Assembly (NCBI GenBank): GCA_039964305.1
Contig: JBDVXS010000142.1
Coordinates: forward strand, 731 to 64,730
Direction of reading: 5' to 3'
Length of the DNA stretch: 64,000 nucleotides
From: Hyphomicrobiales bacterium
Lineage (GTDB): Bacteria > Pseudomonadota > Alphaproteobacteria > Rhizobiales > JACESI01
Shown: piece by piece, positions 46,079 through 57,100 of the stretch
Layout of the letters: each line of letters starts with the position of its first letter
How positions within the stretch are numbered: the stretch's first letter is position 1
Position numbers and translations under genes: made by a program
Notes under the pieces: generated by a model
Told to the model about the DNA's origin: nothing
The model's database searches: none
Seen by the model: only the letters and a program-made list of their open reading frames with translations

Positions 46079-48607
46079 ATGCACACCCGCTTCAAACAGC
46101 AATTCATGAACAAGGCGTCAAGCTTTGCTGGGTTCTGCCTGAAGCGCATGAAGACCCTCGCCATATCATCTACATCGCTTTTCTCATCCCTGCTGTTTAC
46201 TAAGTCAGCCTCTGCCAATGAGCTTTTTCAAGTAATCGGCTCTGACCTTGGCACAACACAAGTTTTTTCCTACGCCGCCTTTCTGGCAACGCTTGCCTTT
46301 GCAATTGTCAGCACCTTCGTGTTTCTGCGCTCTCGCAATGAGGCTGTGAAAGACCGCGATGCGATGGCCGATGAACTGGCCGAATTGCGTGCGAGCTCAG
46401 AGCGGTTTGAAAGCCTCATTCAAGCAGATGATCAGCGTCTTGTTGTTTGGGCAACACCAAAATCAAGCCCTACTGTCATTGGTAGTCTTCCAGAAGCATC
46501 GGATGCGCCAGAAGATGCTGCGACCTTTATGGCCTTTGGTAAATGGCTAGCCCCAGCCTCTGCTGCTGGCTTAGAGCGCCATATCGAAGACCTACGGGAA
46601 AATGGCACAGCCTTCCAACTGGCTGTTAGTACAAGATCTAGCAATTATCTTGATGCCTATGGACGCACAGTTGGAGGACGGATTTTTGTCCGCTTCCGCG
46701 ATTTGTCTGGCGACCAGCAAGTTATGATGGAATTACGTCGTCAGCTTAAGCAGAGCTCGGCTGATGTTGAGAACTACCAAGCGTTACTTGAAGAAATTGA
46801 TCAGCCAGCGTGGTTGATGCAAAATGGCGACAATGGTCGTGAGTTACATTGGTCAAACAAAGCGTATCTAGCCGCTGTGGAAGCAGGAAAAACTGAGGGG
46901 GAGCAAGCTTTTCTGTTTGACAGTGATGCACGTGCTGCAATAGCCGCCGCTCATAATGACAGTGCTTTGTTTAAAGAACGAGTCAACGCAATTTCTAAAG
47001 GCGCGCGCCGCACCTTTGACGTTGTGTCTGTACCAACAGATAATGGCAGTGCAGGTATTGCGACAGATGTGAGTGACGCTCAAAAAGCGCAAGCAGCCCT
47101 AAGCCGCACCATTGAAAGCCACGAAAAAACTCTGGACGAATTTGCAACAGCAGTGGCAATTTTTGATCAAAATCACAAACTCACCTTCCACAACAAAGCC
47201 TATGGTGAGCTGTTCGACCTTTCCGATTCCTTCCTGGCCAGCGGTCCGACGGATTCTGAGGTGATTGATAAATTGCGCTCACTGGAAAAATTGCCAGTGG
47301 AAGCAAACTTCCGCGAGTGGAAGAGCAGTCTGTTAAAAGCGCATCTTAGCGTTGAGATGAACGAGTCGACTTGGCACCTACCAGATGGGCAAACGCTGCG
47401 TGTTGTTGCAAGCCCACGTTCTACTGGTGGCGTGACATGGATTTACGAGAACATGACTGCGAAGCTTAATCTTGAAAGCCGCGTTAATGTCTTATCCCGC
47501 CTTCAAGATGAAACGCTAAACCGTTTGCATGACGGTGTAGCGGTGTTCTCTAGTGATGGCCGTTTGACACTTTCCAATAGCTCTTTTGGCGACCTGTGGA
47601 AAATGGATGATGAGATGCGAGGCGAGATGCCTCACGTTAATCAGATTGCAGATTTCTGTGTTGAAACGCAGGGCAGCAAAGACGACTGGCATCAGCTCAA
47701 AATGGCGGTTGTTGGTGTTAGTGATAACCGTGATGAAGCCTCTGGCACGATGGAACGTCCTGATGGTTCGGTCATTCAATATTCCACCAATGCGTTGATT
47801 GATGGGCGCACGATGGTGAAATTTATCGACATCACCGACAGCGTTAATTTTGAGCGCGCACTGACGGAAAAGAACGAGTGGCTGAAAGAAGCCGACACGC
47901 TTAAAAACGATTTCGTGCAGCATGTAAACTATGAGCTGCGTTCACCGCTCACCAATATTATTGGCTTCACCCAGCTATTGGCCGACGCAGACATTGGCCC
48001 GCTGACCGATAAGCAAAAAGAATATACCGACTATATTCTTTCCTCATCATCTTCACTGCTTGCTATCATCAATGATATTTTAGACTTGGCGACGGCTGAT
48101 GCAGGTGTGTTGGAACTTGATTTCAGAGCAATCTCAGTGCGCGATGCCATTGAGAACGCGACTGAGGGTCTGCAAGACCGTTTGCGTGAGCGCGATATTG
48201 AGCTTGAAATGAAGCTCCCTAAAGAGATTGGCGAGTTCGTCGGTGATGAACGTCGGATCGTGCAGATTTTGTTCAACCTGCTTTCTAATGCGATTAAGTT
48301 TTCTGACGATGGCGGAAAAATTGCGTTGAATGTTCGCCAGAGCGAAGACAACATCGTGTTTGAAGTGCAAGACTGGGGCGCGGGTATTCCTGATGCCTTT
48401 ATCGACCAAATTTTCAGCCGTTTTGAGAGCCGTGCAACAGGGCAAGTTCGCGGTGGTGCTGGGCTTGGTCTTTCAATCGTGAAACAGCTTGTTGAACTTC
48501 ACCAAGGTGAAGTTGAGGTCAATAGCACGGAAGGGCAGGGAACGATTGTCACCTGCACAATGCCAGCTGTGCCACCCGTTGATGCTGATAAGGCAGCTGC
48601 AGAGTAG
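46079..48607 (+). CDS. divL: DivL-like multi-PAS sensor kinase homologue with Tyr in place of the phospho-acceptor His
   Basis: 842 aa with N-terminal hydrophobic segments and several PAS-like repeats. The DHp H-box reads DFVQHVNYELRSPLTNIIGF, with Tyr (TAT 47930..47932) where SHELRTPL normally has His. The CA domain is intact (LLSNAIKFS, DWGAGIP, GGAGLGLSIV). It lies next to ahcY and tsaE. Confidence 0.7.
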   Translation: MHTRFKQQFMNKASSFAGFCLKRMKTLAISSTSLFSSLLFTKSASANELFQVIGSDLGTTQVFSYAAFLATLAFAIVSTFVFLRSRNEAVKDRDAMADELAELRASSERFESLIQADDQRLVVWATPKSSPTVIGSLPEASDAPEDAATFMAFGKWLAPASAAGLERHIEDLRENGTAFQLAVSTRSSNYLDAYGRTVGGRIFVRFRDLSGDQQVMMELRRQLKQSSADVENYQALLEEIDQPAWLMQNGDNGRELHWSNKAYLAAVEAGKTEGEQAFLFDSDARAAIAAAHNDSALFKERVNAISKGARRTFDVVSVPTDNGSAGIATDVSDAQKAQAALSRTIESHEKTLDEFATAVAIFDQNHKLTFHNKAYGELFDLSDSFLASGPTDSEVIDKLRSLEKLPVEANFREWKSSLLKAHLSVEMNESTWHLPDGQTLRVVASPRSTGGVTWIYENMTAKLNLESRVNVLSRLQDETLNRLHDGVAVFSSDGRLTLSNSSFGDLWKMDDEMRGEMPHVNQIADFCVETQGSKDDWHQLKMAVVGVSDNRDEASGTMERPDGSVIQYSTNALIDGRTMVKFIDITDSVNFERALTEKNEWLKEADTLKNDFVQHVNYELRSPLTNIIGFTQLLADADIGPLTDKQKEYTDYILSSSSSLLAIINDILDLATADAGVLELDFRAISVRDAIENATEGLQDRLRERDIELEMKLPKEIGEFVGDERRIVQILFNLLSNAIKFSDDGGKIALNVRQSEDNIVFEVQDWGAGIPDAFIDQIFSRFESRATGQVRGGAGLGLSIVKQLVELHQGEVEVNSTEGQGTIVTCTMPAVPPVDADKAAAE

Positions 48608-50112
48608 TGGCGCAGAACAGCCCTTTTTATTCTCTATTTCTTGAAGATGAAGCCGCGAGTTTGCGGTTTGGTGAAGACTTTTCTCCTGTGCTTCGCCCCC
48701 ATGATTGCGTGCTTTTGGATGGTACTTTGGGCATGGGGAAGACGACAATCGCCCGTGCGATTATTCGCTCATTCTTAGGCGATGATGAAGCTGAAGTGCC
48801 AAGTCCAACGTTCACTTTAGCCAATGTCTACGACAAAGGCCGCACCCCGCTTACTCATTACGATCTTTATCGTTTGTCTGAACCTGAGGAGCTTGAAGAG
48901 ATAGGCTTTGCAGAAAGTTTGGATGCCGCGATCGTGCTGGTCGAATGGCCTGAGCGTGCCCTGCAAGAAATGCCAAGCGATGCTTTGCGCATTGAAATTA
49001 CAGAACAAGACGGCGGGCGGTTGCTACAGTTTTTCGGCCCACAGCGGTGGCAAAAACGGTTGCATCGAACGCTTTCAGTGAGAACTTTTCTCAATGACAA
49101 TGAATGGCAAGATGCAAGGCGCCGCTTTTTGCAAGGCGATGCGTCTCCACGTGCCTATGAGCTTATAACCCATCCAAATGGTACAGAGGCGGTGTTGATG
49201 GATAGCCCCGCCATTGAGGATGGCCCCATTGTAAAAGACGGCAAGCGCTATAGTGAACTGGCGCATTTGGCGGAAGATGTGAAGCCTTTCCTTGCCATTG
49301 GCGAAGCGTTGCGAGCAGCAAACCTTCCAGCACCTGAAATGTATGCCCATGACTTGGAGCAGGGCATCTTGCTGATGCAGGACTTTGGGCAGGAAACAGT
49401 CATTGCCAACGGCGCACCCCACCCAGAGCGGTATCAAGTTGCCATTGATATTCTAGCGAAAATGCATGGTCAGGAGTGGCCTGCTTCTGTCGGGTTGCCT
49501 GATGGGAGCGACTACCACTTGCCCGCGTTTGATCAGAGCGTTTTCGATATTGAAATTTCGCTGCTTGCAGACTGGTATGCGCCAAAGGTCGCCGATATCA
49601 GCTTCAGTGAAAAGGTTTGGAGCGAATATCTGGCTATATGGCAAGGTCTGTTTGAGCTTGTTTCAACAGGTGAGAAAAGCTGGTTCCTTCGTGATTACCA
49701 CTCGCCCAATCTTATGTGGCGTGAGAACCAAACAGGCTTAGAGAAAATCGGCCTTATCGACTATCAAGATGCGCTGATTGGGCCGTCCGCTTATGATGTG
49801 GCGTCGCTCTGCCAAGATGCCCGTTACACGGTGCCCGAAGAGATGGAGCACATGCTCAAGACGCGTTACATCGATGCGCGTCATATCCAAAATAAGCCCT
49901 TTAATGTGGAAGCTTTCGAGCGCGATTACGCCATTATCGCAGCAGAGCGTGGCACGCGTTTACTTGGCCTTTGGCCGCGCCTTAAATATCGCGATGGCAA
50001 GCCGCATTATATGGATCATATGCCACGAACCAAAGATTACCTTCGTCGTGCTTTAAAACATCCAGTCCTTGTTGACCTAAAACGCTGGTATGCAGATAAT
50101 CTCGAGCTATAA
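48607..50112 (+). CDS. tsaE: bifunctional TsaE (t6A ATPase subunit) / aminoglycoside-phosphotransferase-like kinase (AmgK-type) fusion
   Basis: The N-terminal 150 aa or so carry the TsaE P-loop (GTLGMGKTTIARAII) and HYDLYRL. The C-terminal 340 aa or so have the APH/choline-kinase fold with LRDYHSPNLMW (catalytic loop) and GLIDYQDA. The GTG start overlaps the divL stop (TAGTG). Confidence 0.8.
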   Translation: MAQNSPFYSLFLEDEAASLRFGEDFSPVLRPHDCVLLDGTLGMGKTTIARAIIRSFLGDDEAEVPSPTFTLANVYDKGRTPLTHYDLYRLSEPEELEEIGFAESLDAAIVLVEWPERALQEMPSDALRIEITEQDGGRLLQFFGPQRWQKRLHRTLSVRTFLNDNEWQDARRRFLQGDASPRAYELITHPNGTEAVLMDSPAIEDGPIVKDGKRYSELAHLAEDVKPFLAIGEALRAANLPAPEMYAHDLEQGILLMQDFGQETVIANGAPHPERYQVAIDILAKMHGQEWPASVGLPDGSDYHLPAFDQSVFDIEISLLADWYAPKVADISFSEKVWSEYLAIWQGLFELVSTGEKSWFLRDYHSPNLMWRENQTGLEKIGLIDYQDALIGPSAYDVASLCQDARYTVPEEMEHMLKTRYIDARHIQNKPFNVEAFERDYAIIAAERGTRLLGLWPRLKYRDGKPHYMDHMPRTKDYLRRALKHPVLVDLKRWYADNLEL

Positions 50113-50159
50113 TCATTGCAGTGAGTCGCAAAGGCGACATGCAGAGGATTAAAGTGGCG

Positions 50160-50888
50160 ATGAGCGGCAGAAAACATCCAACGAAAGCATTTGTAGCAGC
50201 AGCTGGCCTGGGTAAGCGCATGCGCCCCCTAACGGCGACCACGCCAAAACCGCTGATCGAAGTCTGCGGGAAATCACTGATTGATTATGGACTAGACGCC
50301 CTTGCCTTAGCAGGCACTAAGCAGGCTGTCGTTAATGTCCATTACATCGCGGACTTATTAGAAGTGCATGTGAAGCGGCGCAGCGAACCTGAAATTATCA
50401 TTTCTGATGAACGCGATGATCTGCTTGAAACAGGCGGCGGCACCGTGAAAGGCTTGCCTCATCTCGGTGATGAAGCGTTTTTTTATCTCAACGCAGATTC
50501 CATATGGATTGAAGGTGTGAAACCCAATTTCACCATTCTGGCTGATACTTGGGATGACGATAAGATGGATGCGCTTTTGCTGTTGTCTCCTACCATCAAC
50601 GCGGTCGGCTTTAGTGGTGCTGGTGATTTTACGATGGACAGCGAAGGCCATTTGAAGCGCCGCCGTGAAAACATCGTCGCTCCTTATGCTTATGCCAGTG
50701 CTGCCATCTTCCATCCGCGTTTGTTTAAAGACGCACCAGAAGGCAAGTTCTCTCTCAACGTGTTGTTTGACCGTGCCATTGAAGCGGGCCGTTTTTTTGG
50801 TGTTCAAATGGATGGTGTTTGGCTGCATGTTGGAACGCCAGAGGCAATTGACGAGGCCGAGCGGGCTATTCGCTCTGCTAACAGTTGA
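50160..50888 (+). CDS. nucleotidyltransferase family protein (MurU-like N-acetylmuramate-1-phosphate uridylyltransferase)
   Basis: The N-terminus AFVAAAGLGKRMRPLT is the G-x-G-T/K-R-x-x-P-x-T sugar-nucleotidyltransferase motif. It follows the AmgK-like kinase. Earlier in-frame starts lie at 50121 and 50139. Confidence 0.75.
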   Translation: MSGRKHPTKAFVAAAGLGKRMRPLTATTPKPLIEVCGKSLIDYGLDALALAGTKQAVVNVHYIADLLEVHVKRRSEPEIIISDERDDLLETGGGTVKGLPHLGDEAFFYLNADSIWIEGVKPNFTILADTWDDDKMDALLLLSPTINAVGFSGAGDFTMDSEGHLKRRRENIVAPYAYASAAIFHPRLFKDAPEGKFSLNVLFDRAIEAGRFFGVQMDGVWLHVGTPEAIDEAERAIRSANS

Positions 50889-53800
50889 GGATAGAAGTGG
50901 ACGGTTTTCAGCGAGCCAATGTCTATACGATACCGCCGGATGTTCCTTTCTTGAAAACGCTGGCTAACGCCATTTTGGATGGCAGCTTATTGCCGCCAGA
51001 ATTTGAGCACGCCAATCCTCTCGCCCTTTCAACGGTCACGATTTACCTGCCAACCCAGCGTTCTGTTCGTTTGTTGGAAGATGCGTTTTTGGACGCGGCC
51101 TCATCACCCACGTTGATCCTGCCGACCATTAAAGCGCTTGGCTCTGTTGATGAGGATGATGCCTATTTTGATGTGAACCAGTTCGCAGCACCTGAGCAAT
51201 CTGTCCTACCCGCTATTTCCCCGATTACGAGGCAATTGGTGCTGACCCGGCTTGTGATGAGTTGGGGCCATGCCATGAGTAAGCAGGACAGCGCGGTGCG
51301 TTCAGGCGATCAGCCTTTGCTCGTGCCTGCGTCGCCTGCTGATGCGGCGTGGCTTGCTGCTGATCTTGGCGAGTTGCTTGACCGCGCCATCACAGAAGAA
51401 ATTTCATGGGATAAGCTTGGTAGTTTGGTGGAAGCCAAAGACCTTGCAGCCTTTTGGAAGTTGAGTGTCGAGTTTTTGAAAATCGTCACAGAGCTTTGGC
51501 CGAACCTTTTAAAAGAGCGTGGACTGGTTGACCCAGCCACACGGCGAGACTTGTTGATTGCACAAGAACAAGTGCGACTTGCGACAACCAACGGTCCAGT
51601 CATTGCCGCTGGTTCTACGGGGACGCTGCCCTCAACAGCACGTTTTCTGGCAGCTGTCGCAAAGCTGCCTAATGGCCGTCTTGTTTTGCCAGGCTTTGAT
51701 AAGAACCTTGATGAAGCGTTTTATGAGGCAATTGGTGGCAGCGATGAACGTGAGCAAGCCATCAGCGGCCATCCGCAATATGGCATGAAGCAACTTTTGT
51801 CTGGTGAAATTGGAATTTTGCCAGATGAGGTCGATGAGTTAGGCACGCGCAACCAAGCGGCACAGGACCGTTCAGTCCTTGTCTCTCATGCGATGTTACC
51901 AGCCCCCGTCACAAATCACTGGCCGCAGCTGCGTAGTCGATTTGATGGTGAGCAGGTGACCCGCGCCTTTGAGGGCGTCACTTTCGTCAACGCAAAAAGC
52001 GATTCAGATGAAGCGCTCGCCATTGCGACAGCTCTGCGCGAATTTGTGAATAATGCAGAAGGCTATGCCGCATTGGTAACGCCGGACCGTGCGCTGGCCC
52101 GCCGTGTTGCGCTGGAGTTGCAGCGTTGGGGTTTGAAGGTGGACGATTCTGCTGGGCGGCCTTTGCCAAAAACAGCCCTTGCTGTTTTATCGCAACTCGC
52201 CATCGAAACCGTTGCCAGTGATTGTGAGCCTGTAAAACTACTGGCACTGTTAAAGCATCCACTTGCAACCTTCGGTCTTGAACCTTTAGAAGTGCGCCGC
52301 GCGGCGCGTGTGCTCGATCTCGCCATTTTACGAGGCCCAAGAATTGCGGGCGGGATGAAAGGGCTATCTGCTCGTCTTGAGAATATGCGCAATGAAGTTT
52401 TGCGCGTAACAGGCAAAGCACCTGATGTAACGGGCAGTGATCCTGTCGCGCTAGAAGATGCGAAGCGGGCAATTGGCCGTCTTCATCCTGCGATCAAAGG
52501 CTACGCCATAGCCGATTGGGATGCCGCCGAAACCCTTGTTACGCGGCTTCGTGAGATATTCGAGCCACTGGAAACGCTTTTTGCAGCGGGCGATATTGTG
52601 CCCGTGAGCACCCTTTCAAAAGCGCATCAAGCAGCGCTGTCTTTGATTGAAGGTGATGGCGCAAAACCACAGCCTGCGCGAAAAGAAATCGCAAGCTTGT
52701 TTGAAACAATCCAGTTGCCGGACGGCGATGATTTTGAAATCAAACCTTATGAATATCCAAAACTGTACCGCGCCTTGCTCGGCAATGGCACAGTGCGCGA
52801 GCGCGGAGCGGAAGACCCGCGCATTCTAATTTTAGGTGCGTTGGAAGCACGGCTGTTAAACCCTGAGTTTATTGTTCTGGCAGCCCTCGATGAAGGCTCT
52901 TGGCCAAAGCAAGCTGATACAGACGCCTTTATGTCGCGTAGTATGCGCGCAGAAATGGCTTTGGAAGCACCTGAGCGGCGTATTGGTCTTGCAGCTCACG
53001 ATGTGTGCCAAGGTCTGGGCGCGCCGCGCGTCATGCTCACGCGGGCTGCAAAACGCGGTGGAACACCTACGGTGATGTCGCGCTGGTTGCAGCGTCTTTT
53101 GGCCTTGATCGGTGAAGGTCATGCAAAGGCACTAGAACAACGTGGGCGTGATTATCTCAACCATGCAGCAAGCCTTGATAAGCCGCTTTCAGTATCGCCA
53201 CCAAGCGTTGAACGACCCAACCCGAAACCGCCTGTTGAAACGAGGCCGACATCGCTTTCCGTTACCAGAATTGAAGTCTGGGTGCGGGATCCTTATGCCA
53301 TTTACGCCGACCGAATTTTGCAATTAAAGCCAATCGATCCCCTCGGCCATATGCCCGGATTTGCCGAACGCGGTACGATTATCCACGAGGCGCTCGATCG
53401 CTTCAACAAAACGTGGGACGGCGTGGTTTCCGAAGAAGCATTGCAACGCTTTCTCGAGATTGGGCGCAAACTCTTTATTGAAGAAATGGCCGATTTCCCA
53501 GATCAACGCGCCCTATGGTGGCCACGTTTTGAACGCATCGCGCATGCCTATCTCGCATGGGAAGAAAACCGCGAGCCACAACCGACCAAGCGCCATTCTG
53601 AGGTTTATGCGCGGTTAGAAATTCCTGTTGATGGCGAAGATTTTGTTTTAAGCGGAACGGTTGACCGACTGGATGAATTGGCAGACGGTTCTCTTTCCAT
53701 CGTTGATTTTAAAACCGGCAATCCGCCAAGTGCTAAACAGGTGAAATCTGGTCTTGCCTCGCAATTGCCGTTGGAAGTTGTAATGCATCATCGTGGCGCG

Positions 53801-54115
53801 TTTGAGCCGCAAGGCTTGGCGAAGGATATGCCAGTTTCAGAACTTGGCTGGGTAAAGCTTGATGGCCGTGAAGATCAAGCCCATCTGCAAACCGCCATCC
53901 AGTCTGTGAAAAAGGGAGAGGTTCCCGATACGCCAGATGACCTTGGAGATATGGCTGAAAAGCAATTGCTTGGTCTGATCAAACAATATCGTGACCCAAA
54001 CCAAGGCTACATGTCGCGCCCGCGCCCTGATTTTGATTTTCGTTATGTCGGACCATACGATCATTTGGCCCGTGTGAAAGAATGGCTGGTGGCTGATCAG
54101 GAGGAGGGCGAATGA
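50885..54115 (+). CDS. addB: double-strand break repair protein AddB (alphaproteobacterial type)
   Basis: 1076 aa. The N-terminus is ...VYTIPPDVPFLKTLANAIL and the C-terminal PD-(D/E)XK nuclease region is GTVDRLDEL...IVDFKTG. It is translationally coupled to addA (ATGA overlap at 54112-54115). The start is ambiguous between TTG 50885 and GTG 50897. Confidence 0.85.
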   Translation: MRIEVDGFQRANVYTIPPDVPFLKTLANAILDGSLLPPEFEHANPLALSTVTIYLPTQRSVRLLEDAFLDAASSPTLILPTIKALGSVDEDDAYFDVNQFAAPEQSVLPAISPITRQLVLTRLVMSWGHAMSKQDSAVRSGDQPLLVPASPADAAWLAADLGELLDRAITEEISWDKLGSLVEAKDLAAFWKLSVEFLKIVTELWPNLLKERGLVDPATRRDLLIAQEQVRLATTNGPVIAAGSTGTLPSTARFLAAVAKLPNGRLVLPGFDKNLDEAFYEAIGGSDEREQAISGHPQYGMKQLLSGEIGILPDEVDELGTRNQAAQDRSVLVSHAMLPAPVTNHWPQLRSRFDGEQVTRAFEGVTFVNAKSDSDEALAIATALREFVNNAEGYAALVTPDRALARRVALELQRWGLKVDDSAGRPLPKTALAVLSQLAIETVASDCEPVKLLALLKHPLATFGLEPLEVRRAARVLDLAILRGPRIAGGMKGLSARLENMRNEVLRVTGKAPDVTGSDPVALEDAKRAIGRLHPAIKGYAIADWDAAETLVTRLREIFEPLETLFAAGDIVPVSTLSKAHQAALSLIEGDGAKPQPARKEIASLFETIQLPDGDDFEIKPYEYPKLYRALLGNGTVRERGAEDPRILILGALEARLLNPEFIVLAALDEGSWPKQADTDAFMSRSMRAEMALEAPERRIGLAAHDVCQGLGAPRVMLTRAAKRGGTPTVMSRWLQRLLALIGEGHAKALEQRGRDYLNHAASLDKPLSVSPPSVERPNPKPPVETRPTSLSVTRIEVWVRDPYAIYADRILQLKPIDPLGHMPGFAERGTIIHEALDRFNKTWDGVVSEEALQRFLEIGRKLFIEEMADFPDQRALWWPRFERIAHAYLAWEENREPQPTKRHSEVYARLEIPVDGEDFVLSGTVDRLDELADGSLSIVDFKTGNPPSAKQVKSGLASQLPLEVVMHHRGAFEPQGLAKDMPVSELGWVKLDGREDQAHLQTAIQSVKKGEVPDTPDDLGDMAEKQLLGLIKQYRDPNQGYMSRPRPDFDFRYVGPYDHLARVKEWLVADQEEGE

Positions 54116-57100
54116 GTGCAGATTTCGCCGTTGATGAGCGCACCAAAAGCTTGCAAGCAACTGCGTCAAACCCAGCCTTATCTGCATGGGTTGCCGCCAA
54201 TGCTGGCTCAGGCAAGACCTATGTTTTGGCACGACGGGTTATTCGTTTGTTGCTGGCAGGTGCTGACCCCTCGAAAATCCTCTGTCTCACCTTCACCAAA
54301 GCAGCGGCGGCTGAAATGTCCGCACGGGTGTTTGATGAATTGGCAAAATGGGCAACGCTCAGTGATGAAGCCTTGTTTAAAGAAATAGACGACTTAACTG
54401 ACAGGCCCCCAAATGACATAGTGCTTAATACCGCTAGGCAGCTTTTTGCCAAAGCGCTTGAAACACCAGGTGGGCTGAAAATTCAAACCATCCATGCGTT
54501 TTGTGAACGCTTGCTGCACCAGTTTCCTGTGGAGGCAAATGTCGCTGGGCACTTTGAGGTGCTTGATGATGTGGGCAAAGAACATTTGATCCATCAGGCG
54601 CAGCGCTCTGTTTTGCTGGAGGCCGCCGATCACCCAACAAGCCCAATTGCCAATGCCTTGTCAGATGCTATCGCTCATGCGTCGGACACAGGCTATCAAC
54701 AAGCGCTGGCAGCCTATCTGCACAGCTATAAAAAGCTTGATCAATGGCTCGAACGGGCAGGCAGTATTGATGGGGCCTTGCAGGAACTGGCGAGCCACTT
54801 CGGTATTTCCAGCAATGACACAGCGGCGGGCCTGAAAGAGCAGATGCTCATCTCGCCTCATATGGATAGCGTCTATCTGGAGAGCGTTCGCCAAGAGCTT
54901 TTACAAAGCTCTGTGAAGTTCAAGGAAATGGGAGAGATCCTAACCGACGCTTTGCACCCCAATCCGTCCAATGTGCGTGTTCAAGCTATGTTGTCTTTCT
55001 TTTTCACTCAGAAAGAAGAAGCGAGAAAAATATCAAGCATCGCGTCAAAAGACATCGTTAGTCTGTTTCCCGACCTTGAAGAACGGGTTGCACAAGAACA
55101 AGAACGCTTGTCTGGATTGCTGGATAAGAAAAAGGCGCTTGCGACATTGGACGCCACGCGGGCCTTGTTGATTTTAGGGTCAACAGTGAGCGCAGATTAT
55201 CAACGCCGCAAAGCTGATACGGGCATGATGGACTTTGATGATTTGATTGAGAAGGCGGCTCAATTGCTTGAAAAGCCTGATGCAGCGGCATGGGTGCATT
55301 TTAAGCTCGATCAGGGGCTTGATCACATTCTGGTCGATGAAGCGCAAGACACAAGCCCGCGCCAGTGGGATGTGGTGAGCCATCTTGCAAATGAGTTTTT
55401 CACAGGCGAAAGCGCGCGCCTCGTCGATCGCACCATGTTTGCGGTGGGCGATGAAAAGCAGTCGATCTATTCGTTCCAAGGTGCCTCGCCAGAGAAGTTC
55501 TCTGACATGCGCGATCATTTCTTCAAGCTCTCAAATGCTGCCAACAAAAAGTTTGAGAGAGTGCCGCTTTCTCTCTCCTTCCGTTCGACAGCAGATGTTT
55601 TGGGTGCCGTGGATTTGGTATTCAGCAATGAAGACATTTCCCAGCAATTGACCAATGAGTATGTTGACCACAGCGCTGCCAGACTCAATCAACCAGGCTG
55701 TGTTGAAGTTTGGAAACCATTTACGCAACCGCCAAAGCTTGAGCATGATGATGACTGGTGGAAGCCGCTTGATCGGTTGGGGGAAGAATCTGAAAAGGTG
55801 GCGCTGGCCAAGAAAATGGCGTCAGAAATTAAGGCTCTCATAGCAGGCGATGTGCGCCTTGAGGGCACGGGGGAGATTGTTACCGCAGGCGATATCTTGA
55901 TCCTCACCCGAAAACGTGGCCCGCAGGTTGAGGCGATAAACCGAGCGCTAAAATCGCAAGGTGTGCCCGTCGCGGGTTCTGATAGATTGAAACTGCTTGA
56001 TAACATCGCCATTCTCGATTTGATGGCACTGGCAGATTTCGTGCTCTTGTCCGAAGACGATTTAGCGCTTGCTGGTGTTTTAAAATCGCCGTTGATTGGC
56101 CTCTCAGAGGAAGAGCTTTTTGACCTTTCTCACGACCGTCGTGGCACCTTGTGGAGTGAGTTGTTCTTACGTGCACAACATGGCGATGCGCCTTATGTGC
56201 AAGCGCATGAACAATTGGACCGCTGGCGGCGCGAGGCCGATTTTACGCCGCCGTTTGATTTCTTCTTGAACATCCTATCGCGAGACTTGGGTCGTCGTGC
56301 GTTTTTGACATCCTTGGGCGCGGAGACGGACGAGGTGCTCGATGCTTTCTTGTTGCAAGTGCAGACCTACGAGCAAACCGAAGTGCCTACCTTGCAAGGG
56401 TTTGTGTCGTGGTTCCGTGATGGCTCGGTTGAAATTAAACGCGACATGGAATCAAGCCGCGACGAAGTGCGTGTGATGACGGTGCACGGTGCAAAAGGTC
56501 TTGAAGCGCCGATTGTGTTCCTCGTTGATGGTGGAGCGCCGTATCATTCAGTCCATCAGCCGGATATTTTGGGGCTGGGTGAAAATGACGATGCGCCATT
56601 TATTTGGAAGCGCGGCAAAGAGCATCAGACCGAAGCGCAAGTGGCAAGCCTTAGCCGTGATAAGCAGTCGTCAATGGCTGAGTATTATCGCTTGCTCTAT
56701 GTCGCCATGACCCGCGCTCGTGACAGGCTTTATGTGGTGGGCACGGCAGATAAAAAAGGGGCGACCAACAAAGAAGGCTGGTATGCGACCATTTCCAACG
56801 CGCTGTCTGACGACGAAAACTGTGAAAAAGTCATAGGTGATGATGGCGAGGTTGAACGCTGGCGTTGGCAAATGAGTTCTGCGCCTGCCTTGCCTGCCAA
56901 AAGTCCGAAGGCGCAACTGTATGAAGTCTATACCGCGCCAAGCTGGTTAAACGAAAGTGCGCCCGAAGCGCCGAGCGCTCTTAATTTTCTATCGCCATCA
57001 AAAGCGTTTGGGGCAGATGAACAATCTGAAACCATTGATTATGCCGCCAGCCAGATTGAGGCGAGTGCAGATTTGCTGGCCGATATTCCACCGGCAGAAC

